Shown here in pieces: positions 10,263 to 21,950 of a stretch of DNA of 44,569 nucleotides (position 1 is its first letter; the number at the start of each line of letters is the position of its first letter). Origin of the DNA: Dimargaris cristalligena (taxonomy: Eukaryota). A program made the translations under genes and the position numbers. The DNA lies in NCBI GenBank assembly GCA_003614675.1, contig ML002307.1, positions 1-44,569 on the forward strand, read 5' to 3'. Under the pieces are notes generated by a model that did no database searches, was not told the DNA's origin, and saw only the letters and a program-made list of their open reading frames with translations.

Positions 10263-13200
10263 CTATTTGGCTGGATCGTTGGCCTCAATGTGCGGTAAAT
10301 CCTGCGCGGCCTCCTGTTCATGTTGGCTCAGCATCCGGAGATCTGAGAGCTGCTTCTCCACGTAAGCCTTAAATGATATTAAATCGGTGAGAACCTTGAT
10401 TAGTTCCGCATTCGCCATTTCCTTCTTTTCGGCGGCGTGCCGTGATAGGCGGTTGAATCTAAGCAGTCGTATGGAGGCGGTTGAATATACAGCAACGGAT
10501 CGGAGAATTAGAATAGAGACATCGTACCAAGGACCTCGTAAAATAACCCCAGTGATATTGGCATTGGGTTAACAGTAGCCAAATGGACGGTTGCAGGAAC
10601 AAAATACCGATACAGTCAAGATGCTGGGCACTTACTCCATGGTGACGCTCTGGGCCCTTTGCTGCCAATGCAGGACACTGGTGGTGTTGTCTTGCTGCAT
10701 TTGGTCGGTCTCACGCTCTAGCACCAGAATCTCGTTGTTATGGGCCACGGTTTCCTTATTCATGCGCTAGAAGTATTAAGTCAGATTAACAGGATCATTT
10801 TGGGTGGCGTATTGATTAGCGGGTGTTGGGTTAGTATCAATATAGCCTCAAAGAGGATAGTTTATATCCGGTTTCCAAACCAATTCCGTAAAAAAAAAGA
10901 TAAATGTCAATATGAGGGAGGTGGTGCCATTCGTTTACATACCTCTTTCTCTTCGTTGAGTTTACTTTCCAGCCGTAGTCGCTGGGTTTCCAGATCCTCT
11001 AGGGCATCCCGCTTGTCTTGGATCGTTTCCCGAGCCGTATCCAGTTCCTCCGCCAGAGTCATCCGATCACCCTCGATTTTAAGAAAATTGGAATTGAGCT
11101 TGCGCCGTAACTCGGCCAAAACCGGCTAAAGTCATTGAACAGGTCAACCACACACACACACACATATATATATAAAGGGTTAGTGAGTACCAAATGAGTT
11201 CCCAGGATCTGATCAATCTACCGCAGAATTACGAAATAGTATTATATTGTCGCCAGAAAATACTCATTTAGGGCACATAAACACAACCTACCCGACCAGC
11301 TCGTTTCACGTCGATGGACAGCATTTTTTCGTACGCATGTGCAGTGGGATCAAATTGAAGTTCCCCGAATGGCCGCTGGGGTCCCGATGTAGAGGTAATA
11401 CCGAGTTTATAGCACCGGGTATTAAAGTCTTGGACAAGTTGTTCAATCTATCATGGTTCGCGGGGAAGTGGATGTAATGAACAAATGGGGTAAAATACCG
11501 TGGTGGATATTAGTAGCAGATTTAGAGACCGGGAAAATATACTAATTTCTTCAGGCATAATTGAGCATACTATGTTTATCCGCGTTGGCGTAAATACGTA
11601 TGCTGAATCCCAGCGGCTTAATCGTAGCCGTAACTTACCAAATCAATCTTCGGCTGAATATCAATTTCGCGCTGCCAAACATCCTTGTTCAACTCTTCCA
11701 CCCTGATATTCAGGTCGCGGAGATTTTCGGATAGCCGCTGACGCTCACTATTCATCCGCTCGATATCCGCGGGCGAAATTTCCTGGACATCGACAATTTG
11801 CTGGTACTCGACCTTAGCGTCCTTCAGCTGTAAGATCGTTTTCCCTTGGTCCTCGATCTTGGCCCGCAGTTCCTCCAACAGACTGTGGAGGCGTTGTTTC
11901 TTTTCCCCGTAGACCGCAATGGTCTGCCGGAATTTCTCCAAGTCGGCCAGACAGTGGGTCTGTTTCTTTTGCAGTTCCACGAGGGGATCGACTTGGCCAG
12001 TAAGCTGCCGCAGTTCAAGCCGTAGGGTTTCGTTGGAGGCTTCTAGTTCGGAAACTTCTTGGATGATGTGCTTGTTTTTGTGGTCGAAACAGTCGGCCAG
12101 GTCGTTTTCGATGCTATCAAAGTCGTCCCGACCGGCCAGGAATACCGTATAGGCCTTGGAGAGGTAGTCAAAAAAGATGCGTTCGCTAAAAGTGGGCGAG
12201 TCCTGGAATTCGGGGCTATAGAAATTGGGGTTGGCGGGGCTCATCCGTTCGACACACTATCGAAAAAGTAAACCAGGAGAATGGATATTAGAGGGAAAGG
12301 AAGGCCATGATATATCATACCCATAGGCCAGTAAATCAACATACAAAATGTATATAATTAGTTAGTTTCGGTACCCAGTCCATAAGGTATTGGCCTAGCG
12401 GATCAAGATCGGGTGGCCTTAATCCGTATCCTACGGACGGGGGTCCCGCAATCTACCCAGAAATAATGCCTTTTACTTACCATGACCAACTCAACCATCC
12501 AGTGGAGAATACCCATATACGTGGGCCAATTCTTGGAGGACGAGGGGGCGGAAAGCGAGGATTTCGATATCGAAGCCACAAAGGGGTAGCGTAGACCGTG
12601 CAAAATGGACAACAGCTCATCCTCGATTTTCTTTTGAAGCTCATAATTAGGGTCCAGTTTCGCATACAAGAATTTAAAGATCTGTTGGAAATCCTTGGCG
12701 GTCGGTTTCTGGAAACTCCGACTTTGGATGGCCTCGGGGTAACCCGCCTGGTTTAGGTAATTGAGAATAATGCGCGTGGCCTGCGATTTGTAGCTCGGCA
12801 AGCCTAGGGCGCGGGGGTCGGTCATACCCATGGTCGAATTACGGGCGAAGAGCCCTAGGCCACCCCCCATCGTGGATGGACGCCCCGTGAAAATCGAGGC
12901 CCGGCGGGAGAGTCCGGGGGTGATGGCGCCCCCTATTCCACCACCGCCTCCGAGGGCCTGGGAAGGCCGAGTGGTGTTATTTTTACCAGTCGTGGAGGGT
13001 CGACCCGACGGTCCGGCCGTTAGGTGGGTATGCCGTTGCATAGCCGGGGTGGCATGGCTATTGGGGTCGAACAGTCCGTTACCCCCGCCACCAATGGGGC
13101 GGGCGGCACGGGAGGGTTCGAGAGAAGTCCGACCGGCCATTAGAGGTCCGCCGTACTCGCCGGGAGCCATGGAATAGCGGGGTTTGGAGGCAGAAGGTAG

Positions 13201-13296
13201 GGGTATTTGGGAGGCCGGGGGCGGGTGGGGCCGCTGGGGGTGGTTTTGGCTATTGGGATCCACTGCCCCCATCATGGTGCGGCGGCGTTGGTTCAT
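10263..13296 (-). CDS. NDC80: Kinetochore protein Ndc80/Hec1, 6 exons, 699 aa
   Basis: Exons 13296-12481, 12256-11639, 11447-11292, 11125-10943, 10766-10636, 10458-10263 (2100 nt, phases consistent, all GT..AG). CH domain DPR..KPTAKDFQQIFKFLY..LRYPF..ISKSSL..WP..LHWMVEL; FFDYLSKAYTVFLAG; QEISPADIERMNSER loop region; long coiled coil. Confidence 0.95.
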
Positions 13297-13757
13297 GGTG
13301 TGTGGCGAAGACTGGGGGTTGTGGCGGAGTTAAATGAGTTGTAAGGTAGGTCGCCTGTAGCTGGGCAATTCGACCTTGGAAGTCAGTCTGGGATGGAATA
13401 AAAGACAGTATTGACGACCAATGCTTGGCCCTGTGGCGATTCTATAGTAGCTGCGGCTTAAGATGAAATAAAAAGAGTCGAGGGATTCCCTTTGGGAAAA
13501 AACAAATGGAGTAGTAGTAGTAGGGAATGGAGAGCAAATGTATAATAGAAAAATAGAATGGTCTGGTTGAGGCGAGCGTGACGCTTACTTTTTCTGGACT
13601 GTTGAACCCCTCTCCAACTCCTTTTTCAATTCAATACTCCGAATAAACCCTCTGGTCTAAAGGTGTATTCGCTTAATCAACACTCGATTAAGAAAATCGT
13701 GTTTTGGGCTGCCCGCAATATCTGGCCACTCGTCCTTTAGCCTTACCCCTGGAAAAT

Positions 13758-13813
13758 GTAAACAAAGCCGTATCACAACATCACGTGTTCCGCACCACTA
13801 GAACTAACCCTAA
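13758..13813. promoter_or_regulatory. NDC80 upstream motif cluster: forkhead site GTAAACAAA (13758-13766), ATCACGTG E-box (13780-13787), TAACCCTAA telobox-like (13805-13813)
   Basis: Exact consensus matches within 56 bp, about 460-520 bp upstream of the ATG. Function is inferred only. Confidence 0.4.
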
Positions 13814-14071
13814 AGCGAAGTAGTGGTCATCATTACTGCTACACATAATCCCGATTAGTTGGTGCCAGCAGCCTGCGCCAACTTCCCTGTACTACAGCCA
13901 TGCCTTTGGCAAAAAAAAATTCATTAGAATGATCATTCATTGGCAACTGTGTGTCGCGGCTATTTCAGAAACAGGGCGAGGCCAATGAAAAACCAGTTTG
14001 CTCAGAGCATGTCTGTGGATAGTAGAGAGTCGAGAAGACGATTTATCCAATCGTAAGCCCGCCGAAACCCA

Positions 14072-15279
14072 TTAGTAGGGATTGCCGAACAGCCTGAAGT
14101 CGGCAATCTTGAAGGTTTCCAGAATATGCTTAAACGAAGCCAGTGAGACCTTGGTGTTGGTATCGGCCTCCATGGCCTTGCTGCTGCTACTTTCGGGTGA
14201 GATGATCATGGGGTGATTCATGGAAATCACAATATCCGTATGGAACTCGTGGAGGCGAATGACGGCCACGTAAATGAGAACGCAGTTGGCGGCCTTATCG
14301 ACACTCTCATTATACTTAGACACCATTTGGGTTCCCGCCACCATATGGCAGACTGCGGTTGAACTGTTGGTTTAGAAAAAGTACATATATAAAAAAAATA
14401 TTGGATTTAAATATATTAATTAATGGAGAGGTGAGTGCAGTAGGGGTGCATTGGAATTCAAGGAGTCACAGTTTGCTCCAATAGTTATGTTTTCGGACGT
14501 GAGTTAAGATTAACTTATTATAGAGAGCTGCCTTACTAGTCCATGGGTCTCTCTATAGGGTTACTTACGGCAAATCGGGGACGCTCTCATCTGGAATCGG
14601 CTCGTCGGTTATGATTTCTTTGGAACTGGCCTTATTCATTACAGCCAGTTCGTCAAAGTGGTATCTAGTGAGTGGGCATGGGGGGATTTTTAAAAAAAAA
14701 GGAAAACCCCAATAGAGGAATAGTGAGATTTAATGAAGATTCAGTCGATTACTGATAAGTATAACCCACCAGGGTGGCAGTAATAAATTGGATAAAATGT
14801 GCTAAATCAAATGACTTACCTGGCCGACTCTCTGTCGGAAATATCGGCCTTGTCGAATATTTCAAAAATAATGCTTTGGTCGTTGGTATCAGTGGCAAAG
14901 ACTTCCTGGTGGTCGGGGACTGGGCGATATTCACTATTCGGGTATGATTAAGGAAAAGAGGGCCGTCAGGTATACCGAGTAGTGTAGGTTAGCATTCTAG
15001 GCGGTTGTGCAATGTAATAGGATGCGCTGATAGTATAAAGGTGGCTACGATAGTGAACGACCGATACACAAGGGCAGGTCGTGCATTTATACCGTTTCGT
15101 CGCGAGGTTCATGCAGACGGCAGGGCTCTTCTAATGTCGTGTCTCAGCGCGGACATTGGCTACGGTGTTTTCGGTGTACCCTCGACTCAGTTGACCTACC
15201 TGACGTTTTCGAACTCCTTGGGGACTTCGCATTCAATGTGGCCGCCGAACAGGCGCTGTTCGAAGTAGCGAGAGGCCAT
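14072..15279 (-). CDS. MOG1: Ran guanine-nucleotide release factor Mog1 (RANGRF), 4 exons, 193 aa
   Basis: Exons 15279-15200, 14933-14820, 14664-14569, 14363-14072 (582 nt, phases consistent). Motifs LFGGHI, SEYRPVPDHQEVF, DQSIIFEI, RYHFDELA, QMVSKYNE, VIRL..TDIVISMNHP, IADFRLFG. Confidence 0.92.
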
Positions 15280-16181
15280 GGTAGGTCAGGCGAGCTGGCT
15301 GGTTTGGGTGGGGGGAATAGTTAGTATAAAAGAGTTGCGGAGAGACGGACGGGAGAGGGTTAGAAGTAAAACCGGTGAGTGAAAATAGGTAAAGCAAAGT
15401 AGAATGCGAGGGAACAGAGAATCGACCCGGGGTTACTTTCCTTGGGAGGCCCAAATGCATGGGCTGGGAATAGAAGGGGGTCGTTTCCCGCTGAAACATA
15501 CTCCGGTTTCCCGAGAACGTGGGAGGAGCTAATGTCTAAGAGTGGGGAGGTATATGAGGGGGTCTGTCTAACCACGGCAAATGGCCAGGCGGATAGTTGG
15601 CCCTAGCGGAATTTCCACGTGACCCATAATCATCTGTTAAGGGTGTATGCGTTATATATATGCGCATATAGGGAGGGAGAGAGTGGGGGGGTTTAGTAGG
15701 GGCCACAAAGCGAAGGGTGGTTGGTGGTCTCTCCACTGGTTAAGGTGTATGGTAAGCGCGGCCGTGGCTCGCGCACTCGACCCTCTCACGTCTCTCCTCT
15801 CCCTTCGGTCCTCTTCTTCCGAACCGAAGCGCCCCCTTCTCTTTCCCTTTCCTTTTTCACTCTCCCCTGCTCTTTGTTATTCTCGTCTTCCTTGTAGCCT
15901 CTCCCCTTCCTCGGTTACTTCTTTCCAAGTCTACCGAACTAACCCTCCAACTCTCCTTCACTTCCCTTGAAAATACCCCAATTTGTCATCCCATACTTGG
16001 GCTCTCATTGGCCGTAACTGACCTCGTACCCCGCACCCACGTCCACGTCCAGTACTTCACCGGCCGACCCTGCTCCCGAGCGACTATCTCGCACTACTTA
16101 TCGCCGCATATATATTCCGAAGCCACTGCCGGTTTCTGTGACCAGGCTATTTAGTCTCCTGGCTGTTCAACCCACTTCACC

Positions 16182-19100
16182 ATGACTGCAACCAAACGTC
16201 GGGTCGCCTATTACTACGACAGTAAGTCCCCTTCTGCTCTATCTGATATAGGTTCGCCAATGAACCCGATGGGAATCACCCCCCCTTTCCTGCTTAGAGC
16301 GCACTGCCCGTAGTTAGGTACAACGACTAGATTCCCTCCACAGAGCCTGCCTTCAGATCCTTTCTCTTGGACTATCTGAAAAAGGACGGCAGCCGTTACT
16401 TTTAGAACGAGCCGTTTCTTCTAGTCTGTACAGTCTTATAGTCCCAAAATATTAACCCACTAACCCTATACAATATCCCATCAAATCGTCTTACTATTTT
16501 GCCAGATGAGGTCGGCAACTACACCTTCGGTCCCAGTAAGTACCTTTACCTTTATAACTAACCACCCCTATCCCCATGGTTGTTCCATTAGTATATTATA
16601 TATCTGCACGATTTCCTGATTGTTCAAAGTTGCCGGGATCCAATCTAATCTGGCTTTTGTGTTTATCCCTGGCATTTATGAACATTGTTATTGTAGATCA
16701 TGTTATGAAGCCCCAGCGGATGCGCATGGTTCATAATCTTGTCGTCAATTATGGCATGCACAAACATATGGAGATCATGGTAAGTATAGCTTTGTAGTTC
16801 AACTTATACTATCTAATTGATCTAATTGAATACGGCACTCCCTCCATACTGATGTTATTTTTGGGGGAAGTGTGGGGTTTGTGATCTATGACTAAGTCGG
16901 TGTCGCGTAGCCCTAACCCATATTGGCATATACAATGCGTGTAATATATCCCGAATTTTAGCGACCCAATCGAGCCACTTTTCTGCAAATGACGCAGTTT
17001 CACACGGATGAATACATCGATTTCTTAAAGACAGTATGCGCGGAAAACGCCAAGGACCTGCACGAACATACTGCCAAATGTAAGTTTTCATCGACCTTTG
17101 ATAGCGTAAATGAGTGTATCCATCACCGACACATCTCCAGCTCTGCGTAATATCAATAGGTCTTGTTATCTCTGGCAACTGATAGTATGCCCATCTATTC
17201 TATTCGCTGGAACTCACTCTTTTGCTGCCTAGTTTTATCCTCATCAATAGATCTATCGGGCGAGGACTGCCCTGTTTGGGAGGGAATCTATGAGTTTTGC
17301 TCTATATCCGCTGGCGGATCCATAGCTGCCGCCAACAAACTTAACCACGGCGAGGCTGATATCGGCATCAATTGGTCCGGGGGCTTGCATCATGCCAAGA
17401 AGAATGAAGCATCGGGCTTCTGCTACGTCAATGACAATGTCCTGGGTATCCTGGAATTACTTCGGTAAGAAAACCAACGGCCCTGCTAATCAATTCCCCT
17501 ATAGCCATCGTGTTACTCCAGTGATCACTGGTGTAGCACTTTTATCCCCGCTATATTAAGTTTCACTCTATTACTTAACCTCAGGCACATCATAGTTCAA
17601 CCACCATCCCCAATTGCACCACTAGCTAATCATAACTATCGTCTCTAAATATCGACTATTGCTTAAATATTTTTCAATATGGTTCACCAGGTATCACCAG
17701 CGGGTCGTTTACATTGATATCGACGTTCACCACGGCGACGGTGTCGAAGAGGCCTTTTACCTATCAGATCGGGTTATGACTGTATCCTTCCATAAGCACG
17801 GCGACTTTTTCCCTGGAACGGGCGAGATTCGTGATATTGGTATTGGCAAGGGCCGCAACTACGCTGTCAATGTACCTCTCCGGGACGGCATTAATGACGA
17901 ATCATACAAGTTCATCTTTCGCTCAGTCATACAGAATGTCATGGATCACTACCGCCCGGGTGCTGTATGGCTTCAATGCGGTACGGACTCTTTGGCGGGC
18001 GACCGGTTGGGTTGTTTTAACCTCTCCATGCATGGGCATGCCGCCTGCGTTGAGTTTATGCGTTCCTTCAATGTCCCCCTCGTGGTGGTCGGGGGCGGGG
18101 GTTATACTATCCGCAATGTGGCCCGCACTTGGACTTACGAAACCGCGGTATGTCTAGGCATTGAGCCGGACCCAATGTTACCTTTCCACGATTACTACGA
18201 GTACTACGGACCCGACTATCGCCTAGATGTACCCTCCAATAACATGGATAATCACAACGACCGCAAATTCCTGGAGAAGATCCGGAATCGAATTGCTGAC
18301 ACCCTCCGTCAAATCCCCCATGCACCCTCTGTTCAGCTTCAGTCGGTGCCCCGGGATGTAAGCACTGAGGATGAGGACGAGGAAGACGAGGAGGCCATGA
18401 ATACCGATATTCGCATCTCCCAACGACAACGGGACGCGTATATTTTCCCCGATAATGAGTTTGCCGATCTGGACGACGGGTTGGGTGCGACCTCGAAAAG
18501 CCATACCCCTGGCCAATTTTTCAATTACGACCGTACCTATGGCTTCCAACCCTCTCGAACCGCTTCCGCGAACGGACAGGCTTCGTGCTACTTTGGGGAA
18601 GACCTTGAGGATTTACCACCGTCTCTATCAGCACCCATGTATGTAGGGGGTAGAAACGGCCACCCTCCCGCTGTTGCTTCTACTGCTGCTGCTGCCGAAA
18701 CAAGCTCGCGTGGGCGGCCACAACCACCATCCACCGGTCCCCCGCCTGTCGTTAATGACAGTGTACCCAGTTACTACCCCCCGCGCGACTCGTCCCGGGG
18801 CACTAACAGTCACGCTGGGCAGCCTACTTACCGGTCTGCGCGGGATATGGCCTACCCGCCACCGCCGGGCCGGGAGGGCGGGCCTATCCCTTCGGCACCC
18901 GACGCCGACCGGTCCAATTCCCATATGCCCTATTATAATCATACCTCCCACCACTCCACTCCACGGTACTCCTCACTGACTAACCCGGCGTATGTCTCCT
19001 ACAATTCGGCCAACGGTAGTAGCAGCGGGGCTGGTCCCTCTCACATCCCTTATCATCCACCGGCGGCCGCTTCCCCTGCTACTGGTTCAGCTGCCCCACC

Positions 19101-19311
19101 ACTACCACCTTCGGCTCTCGCAGGGGCCGCACTATCGAGTCCACCACCCCCACTAGCCCCACCTTCGGGGTCCGCCGACCCTTACGGTCCGTCGGCCTAC
19201 CGCTCAGCCCGAACACTGCCCAACGGGAGTGGTATGCCCTACGATGATCTTGCCCGAACGGGCAACTCCAACCCATCTGATGGGCCCGCTAATCCCTCAT
19301 CGCGGGGCTAG
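16182..19311 (+). CDS. RPD3: Class I histone deacetylase, Rpd3/Clr6 type, 6 exons, 701 aa with a long Pro/Ser-rich C-terminal tail
   Basis: Exons 16182-16221, 16506-16535 (30 nt), 16697-16779, 16962-17079, 17251-17464, 17691-19311 (2106 nt). Motifs [84 protein letters not shown]. Confidence 0.95.
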
Positions 19312-20066
19312 ACTCTTTTCTCTCTATTTTCCGCACTTTACGCCCCAGAGCTACTATAGCCCAGCCCTTCCTTCTTCTTGTCCGACCTGGTAGTTGACCG
19401 TTCTTTTCTTACCAAAATTATTGAAATCTCCAATGATAATTAGCCACTTCTCTCTAATATTTTATCCTTCATTTTATTACCCGTTCCTTTTACCTCTATA
19501 CCCTGTTTCCAATAGTTGAGATATCGTTTAATAGTATTACAGTTAGTATGTTCGGTTACAATTGCTTTTTTCCTACATTTCTTTTTTTTTTTCAAAAATT
19601 TATTTCGGTTTCGCTAGAATGTATAAATGGTTTTGTAGTCTGCGTTAAAGTTATGCTAATAGAAGTTACCGATGCTCCTCGGATATTCTATGTCGGGTAT
19701 GGCGTTTGTGAATGATACCCGCATCTAAATTGGAACTATCCTGATCACTGACCATTGGGATCTCCGCCAGTCAATAGAGCATATGGCTAGACTTTTATGG
19801 ATAATGAATTAGGGATAGGCTATTTTTGATAATGTTTTAATTATAAAGCTTAGTTTTAGATACGTAGTACTGGGTTTTTAGTGTAGCCGGGGAATTTATT
19901 AATGAGTCTAATCCAAGGTGTTCCTCTACAGTCGCATTCCGATATAGTTGTTATCACAATGTACCAAAAGTGCCATTGTAGTATTGGGGTTTATATGCAG
20001 TAAAAATAAAAGATGTGAATTAAGGGCGGAGAAGTTTAGTGGGAGATGAGATTGACTGGGGTGAGA

Positions 20067-21950
20067 CTATTGCTTTAATGGTTTAGGTGACGGGATTCGT
20101 CCCCTTTGGCTTGAATCGGAGCCACTATCCGGGGAAGAGTCAGCGGAACTAACATCGGGGTTGACTACCGTTAGGTGGGATGTAGGTCTTCCCACTCTTG
20201 TGTCAACGCTCAGTCCCGTGGGTGACGAGGGCGGGGAATGGGACCTGGGAGTAGCGGGCACTTTGCCACTGAGCTGGGAAACCCGGCGGTAAGGGGGAGG
20301 CGAGGTCGCGGCCGCGGCCGTTTCATTAGAGGGCATTTCGAAACCCTCGGGAGTCGGCCACGATGCACTGCTGGTGTCAGACGGACTTGGGTCATGCCCC
20401 GGATCGGAGCTGGCTCGACTCGGCCGATGGGAGTGCCGTAGGAGGGACGGTTTCCGGGTCATTTCGGAAATTACCCCGGGACCGACGATGACGATGGGGA
20501 TATTCGCTGAGGAGGTGCTAGATAATGCCGGGCCCGACGGGGTACTGCTAAGCCGCTGATGGGGATGGGGGTTCAGATACGAAGCATCAGTTGATTTTTG
20601 GGAGCCAGGGCCTAGGAAAGGGAACCAGCGACGGAGGGTTTGGGACGCTGAGCCGTTGGATCCCTTTTCCGACTCCGATACCAGCGGTGGGATGAGTTCA
20701 CCGTCTAAGGATAACCGGGGTTCCCGATTCCGGCGTCGTCGCTGCCACCATCTAGCCAAGAACCAGAGGCCAACGGCCAGGGCAGCAAGGCCGGCCGCTC
20801 CACCTAGAGCGATACCGACAATGGCTCCGACGGGCAGTTTCGCGTCGCCCCCATCCCTGGCTGAGGGTATAATATTCTGGGCCTCCCTTAAATCGAACTG
20901 ATCGACCATTTCGAAGCTCTGCACGTCCAGAACGTACAGTTGGTCATCCGCACCCTGGGCCGTGTAGCCAAAGGCGATGACCATGTACTTGCCTACCAGG
21001 GTGGAGGTGTGGGCGTAACGCGGACTGGGAGCACCCGCCACAACCCGAGAACTCCACTGCCAGGGCTGAACGGTGGTATCGATGATGAGCACTTGGTCGA
21101 AATAGGTATCCCAGTCCCGGGTCGTGCCGCCGAATAGGATGATCTGGTCCTGGAACATTACCGCCGACGCCGCCCGCAGGTTAACCGGAGCCGTGCCCTC
21201 CACCACTACCGTGGACCAGGTCTGGGTTTTCACATTGACCACGTAAATTTGACTCACGTTCACGACTTCCGCTCCGCTCAGACCCCCAATGACGGCCATG
21301 TGCGTATCGTTCACCATCACGGACGCATGGTGCATGCGATCGCGCGGCCAGTTGGTACTTTTGTTGGTCCGGATAAACTGGGACCACCCCTGGTTCGATG
21401 CGGTAAACCGCAGAAAATCGTCCCGCTGGGTAGTGTTCAGGGCCCCCGTGACGGAATCGCTCACGCCGCCGTAGAAGTACACTTCGTTGCGGTTCGGCAA
21501 TCCCACCGCGGTATGTTCGTACCGGCCCGGGGGGGTGTTCACGTCGTGCAAGGCGGTCCATTTCCGGTCCGCGAGGCTGTAGAGGTAGGTGGAATTCGAC
21601 GACGCTTGCTGGCCCTTGGGCCGACTACCCCCAAATACGAGAATGGCATCTTGGTTATTAGGGCTGGTGCGAATGGCGGTAGCCGAATGGCCGCCTACCC
21701 GGGGCATACCCTCGGTGACAATGTCGTCAGTCTTCCAGGGCGGATCCGCCACCGCAAAGGGTTCGGAAAGGTCCAGGGTGAGAGAGGAATTGTGGTAGTC
21801 GGAAGGCCCGAAACCGGTGCCCGACTTGCCGGCCACGACAAATAGCTTATTGTCGATGAGTGCCGTGCGGTGTCCCTGGCGGGCCGGAACCGATACTGCT
21901 GCTGTACAGGCGATACTGCCTAACGCAAAGAGCAGCCCATTCCAACGCAT
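20067..21950 (-). CDS. Type I membrane protein with extracellular kelch beta-propeller, one TM helix and a disordered cytoplasmic tail (627 aa)
   Basis: Signal peptide MRWNGLLFALGSIACTAA; about six kelch repeats (R..H..a...l..GG...W); TM GAIVGIALGGAAGLAALAVGLWFLA followed by RWWQRRRR; Ser/Pro-rich tail with PPPY. Confidence 0.9.
   Translation of the reverse strand: MRWNGLLFALGSIACTAAVSVPARQGHRTALIDNKLFVVAGKSGTGFGPSDYHNSSLTLDLSEPFAVADPPWKTDDIVTEGMPRVGGHSATAIRTSPNNQDAILVFGGSRPKGQQASSNSTYLYSLADRKWTALHDVNTPPGRYEHTAVGLPNRNEVYFYGGVSDSVTGALNTTQRDDFLRFTASNQGWSQFIRTNKSTNWPRDRMHHASVMVNDTHMAVIGGLSGAEVVNVSQIYVVNVKTQTWSTVVVEGTAPVNLRAASAVMFQDQIILFGGTTRDWDTYFDQVLIIDTTVQPWQWSSRVVAGAPSPRYAHTSTLVGKYMVIAFGYTAQGADDQLYVLDVQSFEMVDQFDLREAQNIIPSARDGGDAKLPVGAIVGIALGGAAGLAALAVGLWFLARWWQRRRRNREPRLSLDGELIPPLVSESEKGSNGSASQTLRRWFPFLGPGSQKSTDASYLNPHPHQRLSSTPSGPALSSTSSANIPIVIVGPGVISEMTRKPSLLRHSHRPSRASSDPGHDPSPSDTSSASWPTPEGFEMPSNETAAAATSPPPYRRVSQLSGKVPATPRSHSPPSSPTGLSVDTRVGRPTSHLTVVNPDVSSADSSPDSGSDSSQRGRIPSPKPLKQ

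Noticed and set aside
12403..12480. Apparent stop of Ndc80 at 297 aa
   Set aside because: Read-through into intron 1 (GTAAGT at 12480); the spliced gene is intact. The same applies to the MOG1 and HDAC fragments.
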